Assembly (NCBI GenBank): GCA_024685545.1
Contig: JAIKVR010000009.1
Coordinates: forward strand, 19,828-83,827
Length of the DNA: 64,000 nt
Source: Eubacteriales bacterium
Lineage (GTDB): Bacteria > Bacillota > Clostridia > Eubacteriales > Anaerofustaceae
Reading direction: 5' to 3'
Under the pieces are notes generated by a model. The model had not been told where the DNA came from, searched no databases, and was given only the letters and a program-made list of their open reading frames with translations. The number at the start of each line of letters is the position of its first letter. Within the stretch, counting starts at the first letter, position 1. This document shows positions 41,293 through 52,266 of this stretch, one piece after another. Position numbers and translations under genes: made by a program.

Positions 41293-43612
41293 ATACGACA
41301 AGATACTCGAGATGATCGCCTCGAGGGCGAACACCTCCGCAGCACAGAACAATATTCGGTCCCTGACACCGGACATGAGCGCCTACTGGATCAATGAAAC
41401 GCTGGATCTCACAGCTGAGGCTGTCGTGACCATCAGCCATAAAGGTGCCCTGCCCTGCAGCGGCTACAAGGAGATTACCCAGTACGTTCTGCACGCCCAG
41501 AAAGGCGGCACCGTTCGCGGAAAAGGGCTGCTCGCAGTTTCTTCTGCGATAAAATACGCTTCCCAGATAAAACGGTTCATCTTCTCCGAGGAATACGGAG
41601 CTCCAAGATGCGAACGGCTCAACGAAACGGCATCCGAGATAACCGACCTCAAGGCTCTGGCCTCATCGATAGATTCGTGTATCCTGAGCGAGGACGAGAT
41701 TGCCGACGGAGCCTCTCCAGCTCTGGCCTCAATCAGGAGAAAGATGAGAAGGCTCAATTCCGGAATAAGAGACAAGCTCTCCTCCTATACGAAAGGCGAC
41801 AGCTCGAAATACCTGCAGGAACAGCTGGTCACGATGAGGAGCGGAAGATATGTCATCCCCGTAAAAAGCGAATTCAGGGGCACCGTAGACGGTATCATCC
41901 ACGACACTTCCGCCAGCGGGCTCACATTATTCGTAGAGCCACAGAGCATCGTCAATATGAACAATGAGCTCAGAGCACTTGAAGCCGATGAGGCCAGGGA
42001 GATCGACGAGATACTCTCTGACTTCTCACGCCAGGTCGAAGGAAAGGCACTGGAACTCCTCGCAAACGAAAAAGCAGTGATCCTTTTGGACGAGGTATTC
42101 GCAAAAGCCTCCTATGCCTATGACAATGGGTATACCAGACCAGCGATAACGGAAGAGAGGTACGTCAGCCTACTTAAGGCACGCCATCCCCTGATAGACA
42201 GAAAGAAGGCGGTGGCCAGCGACATAGTGATAGGAAGAGATTACACACAGATAGTCATCACAGGTCCGAATACCGGCGGAAAGACGGTCGCTCTCAAAAC
42301 CCTCGGCCTGTCTCTGCTCATGGCTCAGAGCGGGCTGTTCGTGCCCGCAGGTGAAGGCAGCTCAGTCTGTCTTTTCGGAGAGGTGTTCGCCGATATCGGT
42401 GACGAACAGAGCATAGAACAGAGCCTGAGCACTTTTTCTTCTCATATGACGAACATTGCGGCTATCCTGAAGGATCTTGACGAAGATTCCATGGTCCTAC
42501 TAGACGAGCTAGGTGCTGGCACAGATCCTTCAGAAGGAGCGGCGCTGGCGAAATCCATACTGAAATATATCCGCGCCTCAGGAGCGATGTGCGTAGCTAC
42601 GACCCATTACAGTGAGATCAAACAGTATGCCCTGACCGAACCGGGGATAGTCAATGCCAATGTAGAGTTCGATGCCGTCAATCTCAAGCCCACCTTCAGG
42701 CTCACAATAGGTCTGCCAGGCAAATCGAATGCCTTTGAGATATCCTCCCGTCTGGGCATCCAGGAGGAAATCATCGAGAATGCAAAGAAGGAAATGACGG
42801 TCTCGGATTCCCGATTCGAGGAACTCATATCATCCCTGACACGGAAGAACAGAGATGCAGAGGATTTCCTGATGAAGGCGAAGACCGCATGGAACGAGGC
42901 AGAGAAGGCAGAGGCAGAGAAACAGGGCGAACTGGAAAGACTTAAGGAAACGAAAAACAGGCTTTACACCGAAGCCGTGGTCGAATCCAAGCAGATCATC
43001 AACAATGCAAAGAAGACCGCCAGGGAGATGATATCCTCGGCAGACAGATATTCCAAAGGAAACGGAGCCATGCGGGAGGAATCTTCCAAGATGGCAAAGG
43101 AAGCGCTGGACGCGCTGAATGCGCTGCTCCCCAAAAGCTCGCTGTTCTCTTCTCTATCGGAAGAGGGTGAAGGCGAGCATGAATTCTCCAAAGGGGACAG
43201 CGTATCGATCCCCGAACTGAAGGCTGAAGGAAGCATCGTGGAGATACGGGGTGAGAGCGCCCTGGTGCAGATCGGTTCGATAAAAACTACGATAGCTCTG
43301 TCGAAGCTGAAGCCCGCTGCAGCGAAAAAAGAGAAGAATTTCGCATATACGGGAATGAAGGCGGCCAGTTTCTCCCCCACCCTTGACATACGCGGGATAA
43401 CCGGGGAAGAAGCCAAGATAGAAGTTGACAAATTTATCGATGATGCCATTCTGGCAGGTTACAAGACACTCACTATCATACATGGCAAAGGTGAAGGAGT
43501 GCTGCGCAGGAAAGTCACCGAAGTGCTAAAATCCAGCGATGTCGTGGAAAGCTTTCGTCTTGGAGGACTTTCGGAAGGAGCTGGCGGGGCAACGATTGTC
43601 TACTTAAAATAG
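41264..43612 (+). CDS. mutS2: endonuclease MutS2
   Basis: Walker A GPNTGGKT, DELGAGTDP, and a C-terminal Smr domain (LDIRGITGEEA...IIHGKGEGVLR). Confidence 0.9.
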   Translation: MQQKVLNALEYDKILEMIASRANTSAAQNNIRSLTPDMSAYWINETLDLTAEAVVTISHKGALPCSGYKEITQYVLHAQKGGTVRGKGLLAVSSAIKYASQIKRFIFSEEYGAPRCERLNETASEITDLKALASSIDSCILSEDEIADGASPALASIRRKMRRLNSGIRDKLSSYTKGDSSKYLQEQLVTMRSGRYVIPVKSEFRGTVDGIIHDTSASGLTLFVEPQSIVNMNNELRALEADEAREIDEILSDFSRQVEGKALELLANEKAVILLDEVFAKASYAYDNGYTRPAITEERYVSLLKARHPLIDRKKAVASDIVIGRDYTQIVITGPNTGGKTVALKTLGLSLLMAQSGLFVPAGEGSSVCLFGEVFADIGDEQSIEQSLSTFSSHMTNIAAILKDLDEDSMVLLDELGAGTDPSEGAALAKSILKYIRASGAMCVATTHYSEIKQYALTEPGIVNANVEFDAVNLKPTFRLTIGLPGKSNAFEISSRLGIQEEIIENAKKEMTVSDSRFEELISSLTRKNRDAEDFLMKAKTAWNEAEKAEAEKQGELERLKETKNRLYTEAVVESKQIINNAKKTAREMISSADRYSKGNGAMREESSKMAKEALDALNALLPKSSLFSSLSEEGEGEHEFSKGDSVSIPELKAEGSIVEIRGESALVQIGSIKTTIALSKLKPAAAKKEKNFAYTGMKAASFSPTLDIRGITGEEAKIEVDKFIDDAILAGYKTLTIIHGKGEGVLRRKVTEVLKSSDVVESFRLGGLSEGAGGATIVYLK

Positions 43613-43641
43613 TTGAATACTATTATTCAATAATATATAAT
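43613..43641 (+). promoter_or_regulatory. promoter of recO-glyQS
   Basis: TTGAAT (43613-43618), a 17-nt spacer, then TATAAT (43636-43641), starting right after the mutS2 stop. A 7-bp inverted repeat TTGAATA/TATTCAA overlaps the -35. Confidence 0.55.
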
Positions 43642-43661
43642 AACGTTTATCCGGCTGAAAA

Positions 43662-44402
43662 ATGAGCAACAAAACCTACAAAGGCATCGTTCTAAGAAGT
43701 GTAAAATACGGAGAGCACGACAGGATACTGACCCTGTTCACCTTGGAGAGGGGCAAGCTGAGTGCGGTCGCCAAGGGGGCGCAGAGCCCGAAATGCAAAT
43801 ATATAGCTTCATGCCAGAGCTATTGTCTGAGCGAATTCGTTCTATCGGAAAACCTGAAGATGCCCTATGTTGTGTCAGCCGACGTGGTGCGAGGCTTTTA
43901 CGGTCTGATAAACGACCCTGCATCGCTTATCGCCGCAGGCTATGCCTCAGAGCTTACAGAGACATGCTTTGAGGAAGACAGTCCAGAAGAGGCAGCATTT
44001 ATGCTGCTGTACCACACATTGAGGATCCTAGAAGAGAATCCGGGTGCCTCTGCGATCACAGCCGCTACTGCATTCGCACTGAAGCTCATGGGGATAAACG
44101 GCACATACCCGGTACTTGACCAATGTGCCAGCTGCGGAAGGAAGAAAGAGAAATACTATTTTTCCCCACAGTCGGGAGGGACCGTCTGCGACGACTGTTC
44201 TTCTCCGGAGGAGACAGAGAGGCTCACATCTTCCGAAGCGATGTATTTATACGACCTGCTCTACAAAAACATAAATGACATTGCAGGCATGGACGCCTTC
44301 GACGGGATGACAAGGAAATATCTGTTCAGGACAGTAAACGAATACTGCGTCTATATATTGGGAAAAAACATAAAAAGCAGCGAATTAATGTACTCATTTT
44401 AG
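43662..44402 (+). CDS. recO: DNA repair protein RecO
   Basis: An OB-fold N-terminus (GIVLRSVKYGEHDRILTLFT...GKLSAVAKGA) and a Cys4 zinc motif (CASCG...CDDC). Confidence 0.9.
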   Translation: MSNKTYKGIVLRSVKYGEHDRILTLFTLERGKLSAVAKGAQSPKCKYIASCQSYCLSEFVLSENLKMPYVVSADVVRGFYGLINDPASLIAAGYASELTETCFEEDSPEEAAFMLLYHTLRILEENPGASAITAATAFALKLMGINGTYPVLDQCASCGRKKEKYYFSPQSGGTVCDDCSSPEETERLTSSEAMYLYDLLYKNINDIAGMDAFDGMTRKYLFRTVNEYCVYILGKNIKSSELMYSF

Positions 44403-44411
44403 GGAGGAAAA

Positions 44412-45800
44412 ATGGAAAGACAGCTTACACTTGACGAGATCATCAGCATAACGAAAATGAGGGGCATCATCTTCCCCGGCAGCGAGATATACGGAGGACT
44501 CGCTAATGCCTGGGATTACGGACCGGTAGGAGTCAAGCTGCTCAATAATATCAAGTCCGCATGGACGAAGAAATTCCTGACGGAGAATCCGATGAACGTA
44601 CAGATCGATTCCGGTATTCTGATGAACAGCCGTACGTGGGAAGCAAGCGGGCATCTGGCAAACTTCAACGATCCGCTCATCGACTGCAAGCAGTGCAAGA
44701 GCCGCTACCGCGCCGACAAGTTGATCGAAGCCGATTTCGCAAAAAAAGGCATCAATGAGGTCTGCGACGGCTGGAGCAATGAACAGCTGGAATCCTACAT
44801 CGCAGACAATGGCATCGTCTGCCCTAAGTGCGGTTCGAAGGAATTCACCTCCATCAGGCAGTTCAACCTGATGTTCAAGACCTTCCAGGGAGTGACGGAA
44901 GATTCCGTGAATACCGTTTATCTCCGCCCGGAGACCTGCCAGGGTATTTTCGTCAATTTCAAAAACGTGCTTCGCACTACACGTAAGAGACTGCCTTTCG
45001 GCATCGGACAGATTGGCAAGAGCTTCCGCAACGAGATCACTCCTGGAAACTTCATTTTCCGCACCAGAGAATTCGAGCAGATGGAGCTGGAGTTCTTCTG
45101 CCTGCCCGAAGAAGAGTTCAAATGGTTCGAATACTGGAAGAATTTCGCGATGGATTTCATGCTCTCGCTGGACATAAACGGAGAGAACCTTCACTTCAGA
45201 GACCATAAAAAGGAGCAGCTCTCACACTATTCCAACGCCACGACGGATATAGAGTACGATTTCCCGTTCGGCAGGAGCGAGCTGTGCGGGATCGCGGACA
45301 GGACGGACTATGACCTGAAGCAGCACGAGAAATTCTCAGGCAAGGATATGAAATACCAGGATCCGATCACCAACGAGAAGTTCTACCCGTACTGCATCGA
45401 ACCGTCCATGGGTGTCGGCCGTTTGATGCTTGCCATCCTTTGCGACAGATACGTATGCGAGACGCTGGATGACGGCAGCGAAAGGAACGTATTCAAAGTC
45501 CATCCGTATCTTGCCCCATTCAAAGCAGCGGTGCTCCCGCTGACAAAGAAGCAGAACGAGGAGGCTAACGAGCTGCACAGCAGGCTCATCAGCGAATTAG
45601 ACTGCGACTACGACGAGACCGGCAACATAGGAAAACGTTACCGCAGGCAGGACGAGATCGGCACACCATACTGCGTGACCGTGGACTTCGATACAGCCGA
45701 GGATGGTTGCGTGACTGTACGCGACAGAGACACTATGGAGCAGAGCAGGGTTAGGATCGAAGAGGTCGGTGCTTTCATTCGTGAGCATACAAAATTTTGA
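44412..45800 (+). CDS. glyQS: glycine--tRNA ligase (homodimeric class II type)
   Basis: [29 protein letters not shown]..., [21 protein letters not shown], and a C-terminal anticodon-binding domain. Confidence 0.95.
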   Translation: MERQLTLDEIISITKMRGIIFPGSEIYGGLANAWDYGPVGVKLLNNIKSAWTKKFLTENPMNVQIDSGILMNSRTWEASGHLANFNDPLIDCKQCKSRYRADKLIEADFAKKGINEVCDGWSNEQLESYIADNGIVCPKCGSKEFTSIRQFNLMFKTFQGVTEDSVNTVYLRPETCQGIFVNFKNVLRTTRKRLPFGIGQIGKSFRNEITPGNFIFRTREFEQMELEFFCLPEEEFKWFEYWKNFAMDFMLSLDINGENLHFRDHKKEQLSHYSNATTDIEYDFPFGRSELCGIADRTDYDLKQHEKFSGKDMKYQDPITNEKFYPYCIEPSMGVGRLMLAILCDRYVCETLDDGSERNVFKVHPYLAPFKAAVLPLTKKQNEEANELHSRLISELDCDYDETGNIGKRYRRQDEIGTPYCVTVDFDTAEDGCVTVRDRDTMEQSRVRIEEVGAFIREHTKF

Positions 45801-45867
45801 ATAGGCATATTGTATTTCCATAAATAGTTATGGTAGAATAGCTGAAAATAATTAAAAGGGAGTAATC

Positions 45868-46518
45868 ATGGCAACATACAAGAAAGGCATACAGACAAAA
45901 GAACGCATCTTCCAGTCAGCAAAGAAGATGTTTTACGAATACGGATATAAAAATGCGACGATAGCGAAGATAGCAGCTGACGCCAAGGTACCGATCGGGC
46001 TGGTGAATTATTATTTCAAGAAGAACGAGATACTTTCCATCGTCTACACACAGTTTCTGCAGAACATCAAGAAGGCCATAGACGAGCAGATCGGTAGTGA
46101 ATTGGAGAACCCTCTCCAGAGACACATAGTGTTCACCAGAATATTCTATTCAATCATGCTGTCCAATGACAAGAATAGAGAACTTTACAAAGAGATATTC
46201 ATCAACGAACTGGTCGAAGCCGACGCCAGCGACCTCGTGGGGCTTGATTTCATGGAGATCGTGCGCACTTTCGACATCGACATAACCGAGAGCATCTTCC
46301 ACAGACTCACAATTGCCGAATACGGTGCGAGAAGGGAACTTCTGCTAGACCGCTACGACAGGCTTGATCCGGAAAAGAGCAAGGACTTCATCGATTTTCT
46401 GGCTACGATATCTGTGCGCCTTGCCGGAGTGGAGATAAAGGAAGTCATGCGCAACTGCAAGAAAGCGGATGAGCTATACAAGAAGGTCGATACCTCTGTC
46501 ATCAAATTCCTCATATGA
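45868..46518 (+). CDS. TetR/AcrR family transcriptional regulator
   Basis: N-terminal HTH KERIFQSAKKMFYEYGYKNATIAKIAADAKVPIGLVNYYF. Confidence 0.85.
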   Translation: MATYKKGIQTKERIFQSAKKMFYEYGYKNATIAKIAADAKVPIGLVNYYFKKNEILSIVYTQFLQNIKKAIDEQIGSELENPLQRHIVFTRIFYSIMLSNDKNRELYKEIFINELVEADASDLVGLDFMEIVRTFDIDITESIFHRLTIAEYGARRELLLDRYDRLDPEKSKDFIDFLATISVRLAGVEIKEVMRNCKKADELYKKVDTSVIKFLI

Positions 46519-46542
46519 CGATACAGACTGACAGGCTTGTTC

Positions 46543-46568
46543 TCCCGCCCTGCTGGGCGGGATTTTTA
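46543..46568 (+). terminator. intrinsic terminator
   Basis: TCCCGCCC-TGCT-GGGCGGGA followed by TTTTT. Confidence 0.85.
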
Positions 46569-46700
46569 CATCCGTACGCCATGAAATGCATGGATGAGAC
46601 AAAAAACAGAACAAACCGCGTAATAATCAAATATTGACACCGCTCTGCGTTTATTTGTACCATATATGCTATAATAAAACATAAACATATGGAGGACGAT

Positions 46701-47447
46701 ATGGACTGCCAAAAAGAGATAGAAAACAGAATAGCATTTATCAGAGATATACTTGCCGACGCTAAAGCAGACGGCATCGTTTTAGGTCTTTCGGGGGGCA
46801 AGGACAGCTCTCTGGTCGCTATACTCTGCAAAAAGGCCTGTGAGAACACGATAGGGCTCATAATGCCCTGTGAATCCTCAGTCAATTACGGTCAGGACAT
46901 GGAAGACGCACTGGCACTCGCCAAACAGTTTGACATCGAGACTCATACGATAGACCTGACCGCAGCCAAGAAAGCCCTTGTGACGGATATCGAGAAGGAA
47001 TTCCCGCTGGAGATCGAAGCAAACTCCAATATTAACCCCAGGCTGCGCATGACGACGCTCTACGCGGTAGCCAGACAGAAGAATCTTATCGTTGCCGGCA
47101 CAGGAAATGCCTGTGAGAGCTATGTCGGATACTTCACAAAATGGGGAGACGGGGCCCACGACTTCAACCCGATAGGGGATCTGTATGTCAGCGAAATCTA
47201 CGAACTTCTTGCATACCTGGGCTGCCCGCAGTCCATCATCGACAAAGCTCCTTCGGCAGGACTTAAGGAAGGACAGACGGACGAAAAAGAACTGGGACTT
47301 ACATACAAACAGATCGAATACTACCTAAAATACGGGCGCAGCGCATTGGATAAAGGCGCTACGAAGCTAGTGGATGCCAAACATCAAGCGGCGCTTCATA
47401 AACTCAACCCGATACCTGTTTATTCGAGGGAAAAATACGAGAAATGA
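46701..47447 (+). CDS. nadE: ammonia-dependent NAD(+) synthetase
   Basis: PP-loop GLSGGKDSS. ATG 46701 is preferred because GGAGGA (46691-46696) lies just upstream; the track's start is 46689. Confidence 0.9.
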   Translation: MDCQKEIENRIAFIRDILADAKADGIVLGLSGGKDSSLVAILCKKACENTIGLIMPCESSVNYGQDMEDALALAKQFDIETHTIDLTAAKKALVTDIEKEFPLEIEANSNINPRLRMTTLYAVARQKNLIVAGTGNACESYVGYFTKWGDGAHDFNPIGDLYVSEIYELLAYLGCPQSIIDKAPSAGLKEGQTDEKELGLTYKQIEYYLKYGRSALDKGATKLVDAKHQAALHKLNPIPVYSREKYEK

Positions 47448-48055
47448 GGGTCCGGTTATTACTTCTCGACACAGTACTCTGCTACCTGATAGGAAGCATC
47501 AACGGCGCATACACGCTGGTAAAACTGCTGTTTAATAAAGACATCCGCGATTACGGAAGCGGAAATCCCGGAAGCACCAATGTCTACCGCGTCTTCGGAT
47601 TGAAGAAAGCTCTTATTTCATTTGCCTTTGACACCCTGAAAGGCTTCCTGGCAATAAAACTGAGCGACCTTATCCTGCCCGGTGATCCGCTGGCGAGGGC
47701 ACTTGCCGCATTGGCGGTTGTGGCAGGACATGATTTTTCATTTATACTGAAACACAATGGAGGAAAAGGGGTCGCCACCAGCTTCGGGATAGGACTTGCG
47801 CTCACCCCCGGTCTGACATGCTGCGGTGCCGCATTGTCTGCCGTGATTCTCATCATAACCAGACTGATGTCGCTGTCCAATATGATAAGCATGGGAGTGA
47901 CAGCAGCCGCTACTTTTATTCTCCGATACCCGACATATATCTCGGTACTTTACACGATCCTCTTTATTGCCAGCTGCATAAGACACAAGAGCAATATACA
48001 AAGGCTGCTCAACGGTACTGAGAACAAGATCGAATTCCCGCATAAGGACAAATAG
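47444..48055 (+). CDS. plsY: glycerol-3-phosphate acyltransferase PlsY
   Basis: GSGNPGSTN motif in a polytopic 203-aa protein. 4-nt overlap with nadE. Confidence 0.9.
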   Translation: MRVRLLLLDTVLCYLIGSINGAYTLVKLLFNKDIRDYGSGNPGSTNVYRVFGLKKALISFAFDTLKGFLAIKLSDLILPGDPLARALAALAVVAGHDFSFILKHNGGKGVATSFGIGLALTPGLTCCGAALSAVILIITRLMSLSNMISMGVTAAATFILRYPTYISVLYTILFIASCIRHKSNIQRLLNGTENKIEFPHKDK

Positions 48056-49387
48056 ATGACAGATATGTTTCAGCTCTCGGCGAAAAAGCAATTGGAGAAT
48101 TCCTCACCTCTCGCCGAACGCATGCGTCCCAGGACGCTGGACGAATTTGTCGGTCAGAAAGAGATATTGGGCGAAGGCAGACTGCTCAGGAGAATGATAA
48201 CCGCCGATAAGATCAGCTCTGTCATTTTTTTCGGGCCTCCGGGAAGCGGTAAGACGACGCTGGCCATGATAATCGCCCGCTCGACCAAGAGTGAATTCAT
48301 CCGTCTCAACGCGGTATCCAGCGGGGTAGCTGAAATAAAGGAGATCATCAGAAAAGCAGAAAACAATCTGGGCATGTATGGACGCAGGACGATCGTCTTT
48401 ATAGACGAGATCCACCGTTTCAACAAATCCCAGCAGGATGCTCTTCTTCCCAGTGTTGAAAGCGGCATGATAATCCTCATCGGCGCAACGACGGAAAATC
48501 CCTATTTTGAGATCAATCCGGCTCTGATATCCCGATCCACTGTCTTCGAACTAAAAAAGCTTACTGAAGATGATATCAAAGAGGTGATTAAACACGCCAT
48601 AAAGGATAAGGAACGCGGGCTAGGAAATTACCCGATAAAGATTACCAAGGATGCTATTAATCATTGGGCGAACGTTGCTAACGGGGACAGCCGCACAGCA
48701 CTCAACGCGTTGGAACTCGCATATCTGACAGCTAAAAGGGATGAAGAGGGCAATATAATCATAGACCTCAAGACCGCTGAAGAATGCATACAGAAGCGCG
48801 CCGTTAACTATGACAAAAAAGGTGACTCGCACTACGACACGATCAGCGCGTTTATAAAAAGCATGCGCGGTTCCTCCCCTGACGCGGCGCTCTATTATCT
48901 CGCCAAAATGCTCTACGGAGGAGAAGACCCGAAATTCATAGCCAGACGAATGGTGATCTTCGCTTCCGAGGATATTTCCAACGCTGATCCCAATGCTCTT
49001 GACGTAGCGGTAAACGTGTTCAGAGCCGTTGAGATCATCGGGATGCCGGAATGTGCAATAAACCTTGCCCAAGGGGTCACGTATCTGGCTTGCGCAAGGA
49101 AGAGCAACGCTTCCTACATGGCTCTCACTGCCGCCCAAAGCGATATCGAGAACAAGCCAACAGCGGAAATACCCATGCATCTGAGAAACGCAGTTTATAA
49201 AGCGCAGAAAGAAGCGGGAGTCGGCAAGGGATATCTTTATCCGCACGACTTCGAGGGACATTGGGTAAAACAGGAATACATGCCGATAGGTATGGAGGGG
49301 ACGCAGTACTATCACCCCGGAGACTTCGGCGCAGAAAAGAGTTTTAAAGAATATTTGGAAGAGATCCAAAAGATGTATAATGATTAA
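48056..49387 (+). CDS. rarA: replication-associated recombination protein A (RarA/MgsA AAA+ ATPase)
   Basis: LAERMRPRTLDEFVGQ, Walker A GPPGSGKTT, Walker B FIDEIHRFNK, and the MgsA C-terminal domain. Confidence 0.9.
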   Translation: MTDMFQLSAKKQLENSSPLAERMRPRTLDEFVGQKEILGEGRLLRRMITADKISSVIFFGPPGSGKTTLAMIIARSTKSEFIRLNAVSSGVAEIKEIIRKAENNLGMYGRRTIVFIDEIHRFNKSQQDALLPSVESGMIILIGATTENPYFEINPALISRSTVFELKKLTEDDIKEVIKHAIKDKERGLGNYPIKITKDAINHWANVANGDSRTALNALELAYLTAKRDEEGNIIIDLKTAEECIQKRAVNYDKKGDSHYDTISAFIKSMRGSSPDAALYYLAKMLYGGEDPKFIARRMVIFASEDISNADPNALDVAVNVFRAVEIIGMPECAINLAQGVTYLACARKSNASYMALTAAQSDIENKPTAEIPMHLRNAVYKAQKEAGVGKGYLYPHDFEGHWVKQEYMPIGMEGTQYYHPGDFGAEKSFKEYLEEIQKMYND

Positions 49388-49438
49388 ATATACGGAAAGA
49401 GTCATTTAATCGGTGACAGGCTCTAACGGAGGTAAACA

Positions 49439-50185
49439 ATGTCAGGACATTCGAAATGGGCAAACATAAAGAATAAAAAAGGCAAGGCTGATGAAGCTAA
49501 GGGCGCCATATACACCAAGCTGGCCAAGTTCATCATGGTAGCTGCCAGGGAAGGCGGAGGTGACCCTGATTACAACTCCAAGCTCAGAGAAGCCATAGCC
49601 AAAGCCAAAGCCGCAAACATGACGAACGACGGTATCGAAAGAGCGATCAAGAAAGGTACTGGCGAAGGCAGTACGGCACAGTGGGAAACAGTCACCTACG
49701 AAGGATATTCCAACGGAGGGGCCGCAGTGATCGTCGAGGCGCTGACAGACAACAAGAACCGCACAGCCGGGGATATCCGCCACATATTCGATAAATTCGG
49801 CGGCAACCTCGGGACGAACGGCTGCGTTGCTTTCATGTTTGACAAGAAGGGTCTCATCGTCATCGACAAGGAAAGCACCGATAAGACAGAGGATGACCTG
49901 ATGGAGCTGGCGCTGGATGCCGGTGCGGAGGATTTCGTGAATAATGAAGACGAAGGAGTCTATGAGATTACGACTTCGCCTGAGGATTTCATTGCGGTCT
50001 CCGACGCGGTGACACAGGCAGGCATAGAGACAATTAATTCTTCGATCACCATGATCCCGCAGAATACCGTCGAGCTTAAAGACAATGATCAGGTCACAAA
50101 ATTCCAGAAGATGCTCGACATGTTCGAGCAGAACGACGACGTACAGGATGTATGGCACAACGCCGAGCTTCCTGATGAAGAATAA
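49439..50185 (+). CDS. YebC/PmpR family DNA-binding transcriptional regulator
   Basis: MSGHSKWANIKNKKGKADEAKG... is the canonical YebC N-terminus. Confidence 0.9.
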   Translation: MSGHSKWANIKNKKGKADEAKGAIYTKLAKFIMVAAREGGGDPDYNSKLREAIAKAKAANMTNDGIERAIKKGTGEGSTAQWETVTYEGYSNGGAAVIVEALTDNKNRTAGDIRHIFDKFGGNLGTNGCVAFMFDKKGLIVIDKESTDKTEDDLMELALDAGAEDFVNNEDEGVYEITTSPEDFIAVSDAVTQAGIETINSSITMIPQNTVELKDNDQVTKFQKMLDMFEQNDDVQDVWHNAELPDEE

Positions 50186-50196
50186 CTCATATATAT

Positions 50197-50232
50197 AAGC
50201 CCGTCCTGATAAAGATCTGGACGGGCTTTTTT
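50197..50232. terminator. bidirectional intrinsic terminator between yebC-like gene and recG
   Basis: AAGCCCGTCC-(11-nt loop)-GGACGGGCTT followed by TTTTTT. The upstream flank is A/T-rich. Confidence 0.85.
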
Positions 50233-52265
50233 CAGTTCATGGTAATACTGCTGAAGTACTTTTTCGATTCTTCTCTGATCCGGTCAAATAATGCGGCCGA
50301 TCTCTCATCATCCGACTCTGACAAGCGGTCAAGAGCTTCCCTGGAAGCCATAAACAGATCCGGGTACTGAACAGCGTATTCGCTTATATCGCCGCTCTTA
50401 CCGCTCTGACGGTATCCGAAAATATCTCCGGAACCGCGCAGGGCCATATCCCGCCTTGCGATTTCAAAGCCGTCGGTCGTATTCTTCAGCACTGACAGTC
50501 TGGTCAGTGCTTCGCTTTTCCCGGAGTCTGTCTGCAGGAAACAGTAGCCCTGGTCATCGCCCCTGCCTACCCGGCCCCTGAGCTGATGAAGCTGGGAAAG
50601 TCCGAAACGTTCAGCGCCTTTGACCCACATGATGACCGCCTTAGGGACGTCAATGCCTACCTCTATGATCGTGGTGGAGACCAGCACAGCTGTATCTCCC
50701 TCTGCAAAAGAAGACATGACTTCCTTTTTTTTCTCTTCGTTCATTTCCCCGGTCATAAAGTCCGTTTTATACGGTGCAAGAGCTTTAACGGCCCTATCAT
50801 ATACTTCATTCACATTCTCCATGTCCTCGGAATCTATCGCGGGACAGACGATAAAGGACTTGAGCCCTTTTGCTGCCGCCTGCCTGACATAGGAATAGGC
50901 TTTTGCATCCTGAGTGGAATTGAACAGGAAAGTAATGACAGGTTTGCGTCCTTTCGGCATCTCGTCTATGATGCTTATGTCAAGATCTCTATAGATGCTC
51001 AGGGCAAGGGTACGGGGAATCGGAGTCGCGCTCATGACGAGCATATGCGGGGATATCCCCTTGTTTTCCAGCAAGGCTCTCTGGGCAACGCCGTACCGAT
51101 GCTGCTCATCTATGGAAATGAAGCCCAGGTCCTTATACTCCACACCGGACGAGAACAGTACGTGGGTGCCGAAAATGATATCCGCTTCACCTGAAGAGAT
51201 CAGCTTTAGCGCAGCATCCTTTTCCTTTTTCTTCATTGTTCCGTACACGACGGTGCATCTCATCCCGAAATGCTCGAAGTATCTTGAATACTTCTCGAAA
51301 TGCTGGCGCGCCAGTATCTCGGTCGGCGCGCAGATCACAGCCTGGACATTGTTTCTCGCTGCCACGTAAGCAGCTGCAACGGCCACAAAGGTCTTTCCAC
51401 TCCCAACGTCGCCCTGAACCAACCTGTTCATGCGTCTTCCCGAGGACATGTCGGACAGTATCTCCGAAAGCGCCCGTTGCTGGGCCCCTGTCAGTTCAAA
51501 AGGAAGGGAAGCCGTAAACTCTGCGGAATAAGATGGATCCATTTTGCGGCCTTTTTCCTCACGGTCAGACTTGGATATATTGATCCCGTAATGAAAAGCC
51601 ATGAACTTTTTCATCAGGAAATACCGCATGCCGTCTCTGGCCTGCTTGAGGCTTTCCGGTTCATGAACGGCTTTATATGAATCAGCCGCGCTCATGAGTG
51701 CATAATCAAGGCTTATCTTAAGCGGGATATCCTCTGTGATGGCAGTTTCCTTAAGAGCCTGCGATATCCATGAAGAGAATTCCTTTTGTTTGATGCCGTT
51801 TTTGACTGGGAGAGCGTAAACCGGATAGACCCCGCTTTTAAGGTACTGCGCCTTGTCTTCCCGTTCAATAACGGGGGCGATAAGTACCTTCGAGCCCTTT
51901 TTTAACCCGGGATAAATCCTGCCATAAAGCCGGTACTCGCTGTTTTCTTTCAGGGATGTCTTGATATACGGCTGATTGTAAAAGACGACAGGAAAAGCTG
52001 TCTCGCCATCGAAAAAATTCAGCGTCCATTTTCCCGCCCTACCGTAACCGCGTACCCCCTCACCGGTATATACAGCCTTTATCAGGGCATAGGCCCCTTC
52101 TACGGTTTCGGAGAACTTGACGAAATCCTCCCGTTCGCGGTAATCCACGGGCAGGAAGTCAAGCAGGTCGCCCAGAGTATTTATCCCCATATGCCGAAGG
52201 GCGTCTGCTTTTTTACTGCCGACGCCCCTCAAGACAGAAATATCATCGTTTGCGAAATAAGTCAT
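50232..52265 (-). CDS. recG: ATP-dependent DNA helicase RecG
   Basis: GDVGSGKT, DEQHRYG and QLHQLRGRVGRG motifs, plus an N-terminal wedge/OB region. Confidence 0.95.
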   Translation of the reverse strand: MTYFANDDISVLRGVGSKKADALRHMGINTLGDLLDFLPVDYREREDFVKFSETVEGAYALIKAVYTGEGVRGYGRAGKWTLNFFDGETAFPVVFYNQPYIKTSLKENSEYRLYGRIYPGLKKGSKVLIAPVIEREDKAQYLKSGVYPVYALPVKNGIKQKEFSSWISQALKETAITEDIPLKISLDYALMSAADSYKAVHEPESLKQARDGMRYFLMKKFMAFHYGINISKSDREEKGRKMDPSYSAEFTASLPFELTGAQQRALSEILSDMSSGRRMNRLVQGDVGSGKTFVAVAAAYVAARNNVQAVICAPTEILARQHFEKYSRYFEHFGMRCTVVYGTMKKKEKDAALKLISSGEADIIFGTHVLFSSGVEYKDLGFISIDEQHRYGVAQRALLENKGISPHMLVMSATPIPRTLALSIYRDLDISIIDEMPKGRKPVITFLFNSTQDAKAYSYVRQAAAKGLKSFIVCPAIDSEDMENVNEVYDRAVKALAPYKTDFMTGEMNEEKKKEVMSSFAEGDTAVLVSTTIIEVGIDVPKAVIMWVKGAERFGLSQLHQLRGRVGRGDDQGYCFLQTDSGKSEALTRLSVLKNTTDGFEIARRDMALRGSGDIFGYRQSGKSGDISEYAVQYPDLFMASREALDRLSESDDERSAALFDRIREESKKYFSSITMN

Positions 52266-52266
52266 C